DNA from: a virus
Taxonomy: Duplodnaviria > Caudoviricetes
Strand: one strand, 5' to 3'
DNA length: 64,000 nt
Virus record (IMG/VR): IMGVR_UViG_3300043432_000083
Coordinates: 1 to 64,000 of that record
The position numbers were made by a program, and so were the translations under genes. The notes below the pieces were generated by a model. That model was not told where the DNA came from and made no database searches. It saw only the letters and a program-made list of their open reading frames with translations. The first letter of the stretch is position 1; each line of letters starts with the position of its first letter. This document shows positions 9,313-17,039 of this stretch, piece after piece.

Positions 9313-9564
9313 ATGGGCAACTGGATTCATCGAGTGAAGATCAAGCATCTGTTCACCGAAAAGGAGGATTACGAGTCCATTCAGGAATCCATGAACGCGA
9401 TTGCCGACGTGCTGAAGCGGTCAGGCTGTTTCTTTCGATTCGATCTCAAGAAGTTTCGGAATATTCCGAAAGGAGATGAGGTATTCGGACCAGCGGATTA
9501 TGCGAATAAGCTGCTTGCTAGGATGTATGATTATGCAGACGACAACCAAATTTGGATTGAGTAG
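9313..9564 (+). CDS. Hypothetical protein
   Basis: ...LARMYDYADDNQIWIE; SD upstream. Confidence 0.65.
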   Translation: MGNWIHRVKIKHLFTEKEDYESIQESMNAIADVLKRSGCFFRFDLKKFRNIPKGDEVFGPADYANKLLARMYDYADDNQIWIE

Positions 9565-9593
9565 CAGATAATTCACAATGGGAGGAACAGAGG

Positions 9594-10544
9594 ATGATCA
9601 CAAACGGAGGGCAATTACTGCAAGGCATGTATCTCATCGATCTGGACGTGCGGATACCGTGGGGCGTCCGCAAAGGGAAGCCGGAGGATGTAGGACTCAG
9701 CCAGGACAAGATGCCAGAGGAAGTCTTTCGACTCGCCAAGCGGTTCATCCCGCGCAACTGGCTGAAGGAGCATGTCTACATCGCGGGGCAGGCGGGCAAG
9801 GCGATCAATCGAGTCGCTAGTCCAGTGACATTCCCCATCGGGAAGGCGCGGCTGGTCCCGGTCAAGGCGCTGCCGGACCTGCTCAATCGGCTCCAGCAAC
9901 TTCAGGCCGACTTCAACGAGCGAACCGACTTGCGGCTGAACGACGGCGCCTATGAGCAGATGCGGGAGGACATGCTGGAGCGGCATCCCGAATTTCGGTC
10001 GGTGCTGATGGGCTGCTTCCTCCCGGTCGAGGTGATGCGGGATCGGTTCAGCCTGACGTGGCAAGTCTTCGAGCTGGCCATGCCGAAGGGTGGACAGGCT
10101 AAACAGATCTCCGATGCCAAGGCAAAGGCGCTGGCCGAAGCCCTGGAGCAGGAGGCAGCGAAAGCGAAGGCACAGGTCTCGACGTTCTTCGAGGCGCATC
10201 GGCGGACCATCTGCGAGGAGACGCTGAAAGCCTGTCAGCGGGTGTCAGAGCGGATTGCCCAGGGCCGGATCATCAACGAGGGGACGCTGAAGCAGATCAG
10301 CAAGAAGACGGAATGGTTCGCCCGGATGCTGGAGATCGGTCCTGGTGTAGGAACGGAGCAGGTGCAGTGGGCGGTTAGCCAACTCCGCTATGCGACCAAG
10401 ACGACCGAGGCCAAGGCAGTTCGGAACAACACCCAGTCAGCAGAGGAATTCAAGGAAGCGCTGAAAAAGGCGGGGGAGGAGTTGTCAAAGATCACTGATA
10501 TCGAGGTCAGTGCCGGACAGTACGGTCGGCGGCTGGTGAGGTGA
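9594..10544 (+). CDS. DUF3150-like protein
   Basis: IDLDVRIPWG..KPEDVGL..FRLAKRFIP..ARLVP pattern; located next to the AAA ATPase. Confidence 0.65.
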   Translation: MITNGGQLLQGMYLIDLDVRIPWGVRKGKPEDVGLSQDKMPEEVFRLAKRFIPRNWLKEHVYIAGQAGKAINRVASPVTFPIGKARLVPVKALPDLLNRLQQLQADFNERTDLRLNDGAYEQMREDMLERHPEFRSVLMGCFLPVEVMRDRFSLTWQVFELAMPKGGQAKQISDAKAKALAEALEQEAAKAKAQVSTFFEAHRRTICEETLKACQRVSERIAQGRIINEGTLKQISKKTEWFARMLEIGPGVGTEQVQWAVSQLRYATKTTEAKAVRNNTQSAEEFKEALKKAGEELSKITDIEVSAGQYGRRLVR

Positions 10545-10547
10545 ACT

Positions 10548-10814
10548 ATGCTGATCCGCATCGACACAGATGGGACAGTCAAGGGACTTTACAGCGATGA
10601 GTTGGCAGAGATCGGGCGCGGCATGGGGGACAGCCTGGAGGTTTGTAGGCTGTCCCATATTGAATTCAACAACGAACGGCAGTCTTGGGAAGTGGAAATC
10701 CTCGGTAGCAACCCGAAGCTAATCATCGACGGATTTCAAACACGAGCGGAGGCCTTGGACTGGGAGCAGCTAACCTTTGAACAGCAATTGGCAGAAGGGA
10801 GGATGTGCATATGA
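10548..10814 (+). CDS. Conserved protein of the AAA/DUF1257/DUF2997 cluster
   Basis: IDTDGTVKGLYSDE..RLSHIEF..W..FQTRAEALDWE. Confidence 0.7.
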   Translation: MLIRIDTDGTVKGLYSDELAEIGRGMGDSLEVCRLSHIEFNNERQSWEVEILGSNPKLIIDGFQTRAEALDWEQLTFEQQLAEGRMCI

Positions 10815-10975
10815 TCTACGCACTGAAGGCCTCGTCGGCATGGGACCAGCGCCGGACCAATCAGTCGGAACGCTGTCAGGTCTGTCGAGCGGTGTATCCT
10901 GGAGAGCTTCGGAAGAGCGTCGAAGGTGGGGTCTGCCAATTGTGCAAGAATGCGAAGAGCGAGGGGCAATCATGA
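10811..10975 (+). CDS. Small zinc-finger protein (54 aa, absent from ORF track)
   Basis: MIYALK..CQVC..VCQLC; ATGA overlaps at both ends. Confidence 0.55.
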   Translation: MIYALKASSAWDQRRTNQSERCQVCRAVYPGELRKSVEGGVCQLCKNAKSEGQS

Positions 10976-11409
10976 GCCAGTTATGCACTGTTAAGCCAAG
11001 CGAGAAGATCACCGATATCCCAGCCCTTCAAAAGGCGTTGGATGACCTGGGACTGAAGCTGGAGCAGAACAAGGCCGTTCGATTCTACCATGGGACTGAG
11101 ACCTGCACCTATGGCGCAACACTCCCAGGAAAATACGACATCGGGTTCGTGAAAATGCCGGACGGGACTTATGGGTTCCGAGCCGACAATGAGCTGCTCG
11201 GTGGGCGAAGTGGTTCGGATGGCTACGGACGTGGGGATGCCGGACGGAAGGTCCTCGGCGAGAACTGCGGCAAGCTGTTCCAACGCTATCGCTATCGGCT
11301 GCTGGAGAAGGGTCTGTATGCCAAGGGACTACATATCCTGTCCACCAAGACCGGATCGAAAGGGGAGCTGCTGCTCGACGTGCAGAAGATTGCGGTCGGC
11401 GCGAGGTAG
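10972..11409 (+). CDS. DUF1257 (Ycf35-like) protein
   Basis: MSQLCTVK..ITDIPALQKALDDLG..YDIGFVK..DGTYGFRAD. Confidence 0.75.
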   Translation: MSQLCTVKPSEKITDIPALQKALDDLGLKLEQNKAVRFYHGTETCTYGATLPGKYDIGFVKMPDGTYGFRADNELLGGRSGSDGYGRGDAGRKVLGENCGKLFQRYRYRLLEKGLYAKGLHILSTKTGSKGELLLDVQKIAVGAR

Positions 11410-11414
11410 TCGTA

Positions 11415-11855
11415 ATGGAGATGCTGTATATCCTGAACGGACAAGGGGAACCAGAGCTGACGACAGATCCACTCAAATGGAGCATATGGTTTGAACAGGC
11501 GAATCGGACAGTCGGCTATACAGATCTCGGAGATATAGGCGCAGTCTCCACGACATTCCTTGGGCTCAATCACAATTGGGGTTCCGGTCCGCCGATCCTG
11601 TGGGAGACGATGGTGTTCGGCGGACCGGAGGACCTGTGGCAGGAGCGCTATGCAAGCAAAGCGGAGGCCTTGCAAGGACATCGTGATAAGGTCGAGCATC
11701 TGCTACGGGAATACGGGACGCCATCGAGCAGAGAGCTGTCGAGGACATCCGAACCGAGTCGATTGCAAATAGCATCTATCCAGTTGGGACATCGCATATT
11801 GATCAAACAGGAGGAGGGATATGGCGACGATACGAGTGACCATCCCGGTAAATGA
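11415..11855 (+). CDS. Conserved hypothetical phage protein with C-terminal IxLGxRILIK motif
   Basis: VSTTFLGLNHNWGSGPPILWETMVFGG..RYASKAEALQGH. Confidence 0.7.
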   Translation: MEMLYILNGQGEPELTTDPLKWSIWFEQANRTVGYTDLGDIGAVSTTFLGLNHNWGSGPPILWETMVFGGPEDLWQERYASKAEALQGHRDKVEHLLREYGTPSSRELSRTSEPSRLQIASIQLGHRILIKQEEGYGDDTSDHPGK

Positions 11856-12012
11856 TCAGGAACCGGTGAAGGTGGAAGGGGTCGGGTATTCCGGCCCAGG
11901 CTGTGCCAAGGACATCGCAGCAATCCTGGATGTGCTCGGAGGAGAGTCGGAGCGCAGGAACAAGACTGAGTATTATCAGGCTGAAAAGATCAAGGAAAAG
12001 GCCCGTGCCTGA
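11821..12012 (+). CDS. DUF2997-like protein
   Basis: IRVTI..VKVEGVGYSGPGC..LG..RRNKTEYYQ; SD GGAGGAGG. Confidence 0.75.
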   Translation: MATIRVTIPVNDQEPVKVEGVGYSGPGCAKDIAAILDVLGGESERRNKTEYYQAEKIKEKARA

Positions 12013-12541
12013 TGAAGAAGCTCATCCTAATACAGGAATAATTGGAATAGTTACTGTGCCAACAGAGCAAGGCGAAATTGTACCAATACTTACTCATGTG
12101 AATACGAGTTTTGCATTCGCCCCAAATCCCTATGCCGAAGCTATGCCAGAGTATACAATAACATCCTCACCACACCCACTGAGTGTCATCTCTGCGAAAC
12201 GCGGAGTAGGGGCATGGCTGCTGTGGGACAAACAGAATCAAGGATTCCTGGTGGAAGTGCCGTATGACTGCTCTGAGTTCGCCGAAGATATGTATACAGA
12301 ACTACCTGCTGCGACGAAGACACAATTCCGGTTTCAGCGGCGCTATCAGTGGTTCATCTTTGCCACTCAGCTCCATATTGTCCAGCAGCTTCTGCTCAAG
12401 CATTTCGGTGCGTATGCGGTGGATGAGACAAACATGCCGCCGAACTGGATCGCTGCGGCGAACGCTCCGCTGTTCCAGACAAAGCATCAGCAGCGAATCG
12501 AGCTTGGGCAACGCGTACTGGTCAAGCCAGAGGAGGAGTGA
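12005..12541 (+). CDS. HARP-like domain protein with C-terminal IELGQRVLVK motif
   Basis: LVEVPYDCSEFAEDM..LP....R..QWFIF pattern; start uncertain. Confidence 0.55.
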   Translation: MPDEEAHPNTGIIGIVTVPTEQGEIVPILTHVNTSFAFAPNPYAEAMPEYTITSSPHPLSVISAKRGVGAWLLWDKQNQGFLVEVPYDCSEFAEDMYTELPAATKTQFRFQRRYQWFIFATQLHIVQQLLLKHFGAYAVDETNMPPNWIAAANAPLFQTKHQQRIELGQRVLVKPEEE

Positions 12542-12542
12542 T

Positions 12543-12749
12543 ATGCTCGGCAAAGGTAAATATGATGATGCCTGTACGACAGCACGAGCGTCAACGCAGG
12601 CGCGGGGCATTCTGCTCGTCGTCATCGACGGCCAGTATGGGCATGGATTCTCCGCCCAGGTGCCGCCTGAAGTTTCCGCACTGATTCCGAAGTTGCTGAG
12701 GGAGGTAGCAGATTCGATTGAATGCGATAATGCTGCGACGATGAATTGA
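12543..12749 (+). CDS. Hypothetical protein
   Basis: SD GAGGAGGAG before ATG 12543. Confidence 0.65.
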   Translation: MLGKGKYDDACTTARASTQARGILLVVIDGQYGHGFSAQVPPEVSALIPKLLREVADSIECDNAATMN

Positions 12750-13135
12750 AAAGGAATCTAACGATGCCGATGAATACGCTTTCGAGGGATCGTCCGCCTC
12801 AGTCGAAGGCAGTGTTGGTTGGTTGGATCGATGATGGTCGGATCGTCGTTCACACACCTTATGGAGAGGACTTCGTCAAGGATTGGAAAGCGCAGATCCC
12901 TCAGTATCTTCGGGAATGGCAGCGAACAGAACGGGTTTGGTATGTCCATGTCAAGGCGCTGGAGACGGTTTGCATTCTATTGATGAAATGGTTCGGCTGG
13001 TACAGCATCGATGTCCGGGAGATGCCGAGTCCTATTTGCAAACAGTTGGAAGAGCATCGAGAGCGACATAAAAAATCGGAGCAACAGGCTCCCATCGCGT
13101 TGGGACAGCGAATCTTAGTGAAGGACAGGCAATGA
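12746..13135 (+). CDS. Stand-alone HARP-like domain protein with C-terminal IALGQRILVK motif
   Basis: VHTPYGEDFVKDWKAQIP..REWQRTERVWYV resembles the helicase N-terminus. Confidence 0.65.
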   Translation: MKRNLTMPMNTLSRDRPPQSKAVLVGWIDDGRIVVHTPYGEDFVKDWKAQIPQYLREWQRTERVWYVHVKALETVCILLMKWFGWYSIDVREMPSPICKQLEEHRERHKKSEQQAPIALGQRILVKDRQ

Positions 13136-13145
13136 GAAGGGAGGC

Positions 13146-13634
13146 ATGATGTTCGACCAGATCGATAATTTGGCGAAGTCCCTGTCGTGGACATATGCTC
13201 AACGCACCGGAATAGAGTATGAGGAGCTCTATGCAGAAGCAGCCCTGTCGTTCCTATCAGCACAGGGGCGATATGATCCTGAGCGAAGCGCGTTGACCAC
13301 CTTCGCGTATGTTGCTATCTCGAATCACCTGAAAGGCTTCCGACCGAGCCGATGGGTGTCGTTGGAGCCGGAGGAGATGGAACAGCTTCCTGATACTCAT
13401 GTTCAGATCGGTCAGCGTGCTGAATTCCTCTCTGCGCTGGCAGATCTGTCCAAAGAAGCGCAGCATGTCTGCCTATTGGCCCTCAGCATCCCCTCAGAGG
13501 TCTGGGAGCTCGTGCCCAAATCGAGCCAAGCGCAGGGGTTGCTCATAACGCTGCTGCGGGAGCAGGGGTGGCGGCACAGGAAAATCAAAAAGTCTTTTGG
13601 AGAGATTCGGACCGTCTTGAAGGAGACGCGATGA
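13146..13634 (+). CDS. Sigma-70 family (region 2-like) phage transcription factor
   Basis: IEYEELYAEAALSFLSAQGRYDPERSALTTFAYVAISNHL. Confidence 0.75.
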   Translation: MMFDQIDNLAKSLSWTYAQRTGIEYEELYAEAALSFLSAQGRYDPERSALTTFAYVAISNHLKGFRPSRWVSLEPEEMEQLPDTHVQIGQRAEFLSALADLSKEAQHVCLLALSIPSEVWELVPKSSQAQGLLITLLREQGWRHRKIKKSFGEIRTVLKETR

Positions 13635-13924
13635 TCCGACGAAAAGCTCCACAACAACAGGCGCGACAGATCGGTCCCATTGAGCGAGAATATCTGCTAA
13701 AGTTTCAACAGTGGGCATTGGATCGCCACATCGAATTCCGCTGTCCGCAGCATGCCGATCCGAATCCGTTTTGCAGTTGTTATCTCTTCTCCGAATCATC
13801 GCAGAAATTCTCGACCGCCCAGATCGAGGCGCTGAAACGGGATTACTGGTCTTGGAACGATGGCAAGAAAAAAGAGCAGCAAAAAAGGGGCAGACTGTAT
13901 AATAAGGAGAAGGAGCGCACATGA
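13631..13924 (+). CDS. Hypothetical protein
   Basis: ATGA overlap; C-x2-H..CSC. Confidence 0.55.
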   Translation: MIRRKAPQQQARQIGPIEREYLLKFQQWALDRHIEFRCPQHADPNPFCSCYLFSESSQKFSTAQIEALKRDYWSWNDGKKKEQQKRGRLYNKEKERT

Positions 13925-14217
13925 CCGCGAAGGAAGTGTATAGGAAGTATAACAGATTATTTGTTCCAGAATTAGAATATCCCGGTAGCGTGTTGGACGA
14001 TCTCTGGGAAGCTGTCAAGCACGAAGCCGCGCCCCTCGATGCCGAGCGCGTGCAGGTGAGGCTCAAAGAGTTAGCGGAGTGGTTTGAAGATCCGAATCAG
14101 TCGCCGAGTGAAGTACAATCCATGTCTGGATTCAGCGCTGGCTATCTGCTGCGTGAAATCGCGGCGAGGCTAGGGTCCGTGATGGCAGAACATCAGCGAG
14201 AGAAGGGGACGGAGTGA
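13921..14217 (+). CDS. Hypothetical protein
   Basis: ATGA overlap; SD AGGAG. Confidence 0.6.
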   Translation: MTAKEVYRKYNRLFVPELEYPGSVLDDLWEAVKHEAAPLDAERVQVRLKELAEWFEDPNQSPSEVQSMSGFSAGYLLREIAARLGSVMAEHQREKGTE

Positions 14218-14519
14218 GAACACTCGGAGAAATCATTGAGTTAACTCGGAATGGTGAACGTCCAGACTACGACGAGCTTCGTTATGCTATTTGTGCGCTC
14301 GATGCTCTATCGACATTCGATTCGCACGGATTACAGCGTGCATCGAATATCGAGTGGGGAGAGAGCTTCAATCGTTGGAAGCAGGCGCTGGGCAAATCCC
14401 CAAAGGATTGGATTGGCTGGAATAATGACCCGGAGAATCCGGAGTTCCTTGCGCGTCGACGATTAGTTATAAAGTTCACCAAGAAGGTCATGAAAGACAT
14501 GAAGGAGGAGACGCCATGA
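14214..14519 (+). CDS. Hypothetical phage protein
   Basis: GTGA overlap; 101 aa. Confidence 0.65.
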   Translation: MRTLGEIIELTRNGERPDYDELRYAICALDALSTFDSHGLQRASNIEWGESFNRWKQALGKSPKDWIGWNNDPENPEFLARRRLVIKFTKKVMKDMKEETP

Positions 14520-14743
14520 CCACCGACGATATGATTAAAGCGCGGGATGACTTTTCGCTCCAACAAGATTATTTGACTCCCTCGCAGTGCTTTGAGGCCG
14601 GGTGGCTCGCCTGCCAACGGCAGATCAATGCAGAGATGCAGGGCATGTTGGAGCGGGTCAGGATAGCTGAATCACCGCACACCGTGACCGAGCTGTCTCC
14701 TGGAGTATTCGGATCAATTCCAGGACAGGACCAGACACCATGA
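14516..14743 (+). CDS. Hypothetical protein
   Basis: ATGA overlap; SD GGAGG. Confidence 0.55.
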   Translation: MTTDDMIKARDDFSLQQDYLTPSQCFEAGWLACQRQINAEMQGMLERVRIAESPHTVTELSPGVFGSIPGQDQTP

Positions 14744-15018
14744 CCCGCTACCTCTGGACCGCCTCGCGCGGCTTGACCGAACACCGCCCCTGGCCGACGT
14801 GGATCGCTATTGGAGCCACGTGTCTCGCCCTCGGCGCCATCGGGGATCACGTGTTGACGAATTATCAAACAGGGGTGGCGGTGGAGAATCTGAGAACGCA
14901 AACCGAGCGTATCTTGCTGGCCGCTGAGCGCCATGAATTGCCGAGAGAACGCGTAGTGACGCGGGCGCAGGCTGCCGTCACAACAGATCGAATCGACAAG
15001 GAACGGAGGTCTCAATGA
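14740..15018 (+). CDS. Membrane-anchored hypothetical protein
   Basis: One hydrophobic segment; ATGA overlaps. Confidence 0.55.
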   Translation: MTRYLWTASRGLTEHRPWPTWIAIGATCLALGAIGDHVLTNYQTGVAVENLRTQTERILLAAERHELPRERVVTRAQAAVTTDRIDKERRSQ

Positions 15019-15230
15019 AGCTGATCTTATTGATCTTATTGTTCAGCATTTCCGGCATCATCGGCGCGTTCTGCTGGCCCTACGCGATCAACTCATGGTT
15101 GTTGTATGCCGGTAAACCTCCTAGAGTGTTATGGTGGCATGGTTTTTTGCTCGGCTACGTCCCAGGGCTCGGACAGATGAGCGTTCCGGCGGCGGTGTTA
15201 ACGTGGATCGTTATGATGTTTCTCGCGTGA
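15015..15230 (+). CDS. Small membrane protein
   Basis: Very hydrophobic 71 aa; SD GGAGG. Confidence 0.7.
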   Translation: MKLILLILLFSISGIIGAFCWPYAINSWLLYAGKPPRVLWWHGFLLGYVPGLGQMSVPAAVLTWIVMMFLA

Positions 15231-15247
15231 GAAAGGAGGCCAACCCC

Positions 15248-15697
15248 ATGACCGCCCAGGAAGCTGGTATTGTCCTCAAGGTCCACCCGAACACGGTCCA
15301 TCGTTTAGTCCGCAACGGCCACCTGACCGCCTCACATGTACCGAAGGGCCGCCAACAGCATCACGTCATCATCGACGAGGCCAGTGTCAAAGCGTTCAAG
15401 GTCACCCCGAAGCGCACGCCGTCACAAATTGCCACAGAGATGTGGAGGAAGCGCCGCGAGATTGCTCACAGTCCAATGTCACCTGCACCGAGCATGTCGA
15501 GGGCGGAGGATGACCGGCTGATGAGCGATGACGCCGCAGAATCGCTGGCAATCAGACGGCGCGTGTTGGCTGGACAGGCGAAGAAGGGGGATGTGGAGAC
15601 GCTGCAGCAGAACCGTGTGACGCTGTGGTACAACAGAGGCCGCAATCTGATTGGAGATGTCCGGCAGAGCGTAGTAGCGCATTTGGTAGGAGCGTAG
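15248..15697 (+). CDS. HTH_17/excisionase-like DNA-binding protein
   Basis: MTAQEAGIVLKVHPNTVHRLVRNGHLTA; SD AAGGAGG. Confidence 0.8.
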   Translation: MTAQEAGIVLKVHPNTVHRLVRNGHLTASHVPKGRQQHHVIIDEASVKAFKVTPKRTPSQIATEMWRKRREIAHSPMSPAPSMSRAEDDRLMSDDAAESLAIRRRVLAGQAKKGDVETLQQNRVTLWYNRGRNLIGDVRQSVVAHLVGA

Positions 15698-15715
15698 AGG
15701 AGGAGAGCTGGGGTT

Positions 15716-15919
15716 ATGAGTGAGATAGAGGTCCAAATCCGCGTGACTAAGCCGGAGTGGAAGGATTGGAAGGTATATATGCTACAACGTGACCCACAGT
15801 GGCCGACATTATTGCGACTCGACGGCCAAGGAATCGGGAGCAGCATCATCGGTGATTTGTCTGTTCGGCAATTAATGCAGAATCTGGAGGATGCCGCCAA
15901 TGGCAAGCCATTGTACTGA
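15716..15919 (+). CDS. Hypothetical protein
   Basis: SD GGAGGAG. Confidence 0.55.
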   Translation: MSEIEVQIRVTKPEWKDWKVYMLQRDPQWPTLLRLDGQGIGSSIIGDLSVRQLMQNLEDAANGKPLY

Positions 15920-15991
15920 CTCGTCAGGAGTACCAATATCGCACCATGACACACTGCGGATCGTAGGGGAAATAGTGAACCAGAGGAGGGG

Positions 15992-16312
15992 ATGATGGCA
16001 CACGGTAATTATGATTGTTGTGCGATCTGCGATACTGAGGTTCGTTATAATACGAATGCGCCCGCAAAAGGTGTTTTGTGCCGTGAATGCTGTGATGCGC
16101 TGAGGGCATCTGATGTTCTTGTATGTGGAGCGGTAGGACTAAAGGCTTGGATGTTACAAATACCAGAACAGGCTCAGCCCCTACTATCCGCACTTAAATT
16201 TAGGGAATGTTGCTATCCGAACAGTGTTGACGATACGTGGAAATCTATCAACAAATCACAGCGCAATATCTCGAACGAAAATGGAGCATTGCAACAGAAG
16301 GGGGATGTTTAA
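15992..16312 (+). CDS. Cys-rich (zinc-binding) protein
   Basis: CCAIC..CRECC..CCY. Confidence 0.65.
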   Translation: MMAHGNYDCCAICDTEVRYNTNAPAKGVLCRECCDALRASDVLVCGAVGLKAWMLQIPEQAQPLLSALKFRECCYPNSVDDTWKSINKSQRNISNENGALQQKGDV

Positions 16313-16572
16313 TGGCTACTTTGAATGAATTGGAATTTGAATTTACCATCGGACAGATCGTTTATCATCGGCTCAAGCTGCCGCATCTTATGGGCAGTCA
16401 ACCCGAGAGCCGCACCCCACTACTGATCGTTACTCGGATCGCAGAGGAGTGCAGTGGTGGGGTACAGTTGAAGTACCAATGCCGGATCGGGGTCTCCAGT
16501 GGAATACACGTGATCACAATGGCGGATGGCGCACGGACCTATGAATTTCATGAGTGTGAGCTGGAGGCATAA
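16312..16572 (+). CDS. Hypothetical protein
   Basis: TAATG overlap; FEFTIGQIVYH. Confidence 0.6.
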   Translation: MATLNELEFEFTIGQIVYHRLKLPHLMGSQPESRTPLLIVTRIAEECSGGVQLKYQCRIGVSSGIHVITMADGARTYEFHECELEA

Positions 16573-16678
16573 GCGGACACTACGGTCGGCGCCCGCTGAT
16601 GAGCGGCGCAGACAATAATCCCGCAGCGACAGGTGGGGGCCGAGTGACCGTCTGCGGGAAATACAAAGGAGATCAACC

Positions 16679-17032
16679 ATGAAAATCAAGACAGGACTTG
16701 AACAGGAATACACGGACTACAAAGCACGTAACGCTGACCCCTATAGCGCTGCAGTGGTGGACTACAGTGAGAAGTGGGCGAACCTTATGGAAGTTAAGAT
16801 GTCATAAGGGCAATCTATTGTCGATTGTGCAAAATCGACTAGCCATGAAACAGACACCGATGGAATTACCGGCTTTATGTATGGGTGTGCCGTACAGGGG
16901 TTGGCCTACTTCTGGGAGCATGGGGAGGAGTTGCGGCAGTGGCACAACCTTGATACGCAAATCAAGGATGAGGGTGAGCAGGCCAACAAGTCTGGCGGCG
17001 TGCTGAATCCAGCAATCCTGACAATCGGCTAA
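16679..17032 (+). pseudogene. Phage protein gene (118 codons) interrupted by one in-frame TAA at 16805-16807
   Basis: SD AAGGAG; MKIKTGLEQEYTDYKARNADPYSAAVVDYSEKWANLMEVKMS*GQSIVDCAKSTSHETDTDGITGFMYGCAVQGLAYFWEHGEELRQWHN...GGVLNPAILTIG reads as one protein across the stop. Confidence 0.8.
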
Positions 17033-17039
17033 TGCAATT

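Noticed and set aside
16596-16602. CTGATGA as a third hammerhead core
   Set aside because: It lies inside a hairpin, and no correctly placed stem II-GAAA or NUH site follows.
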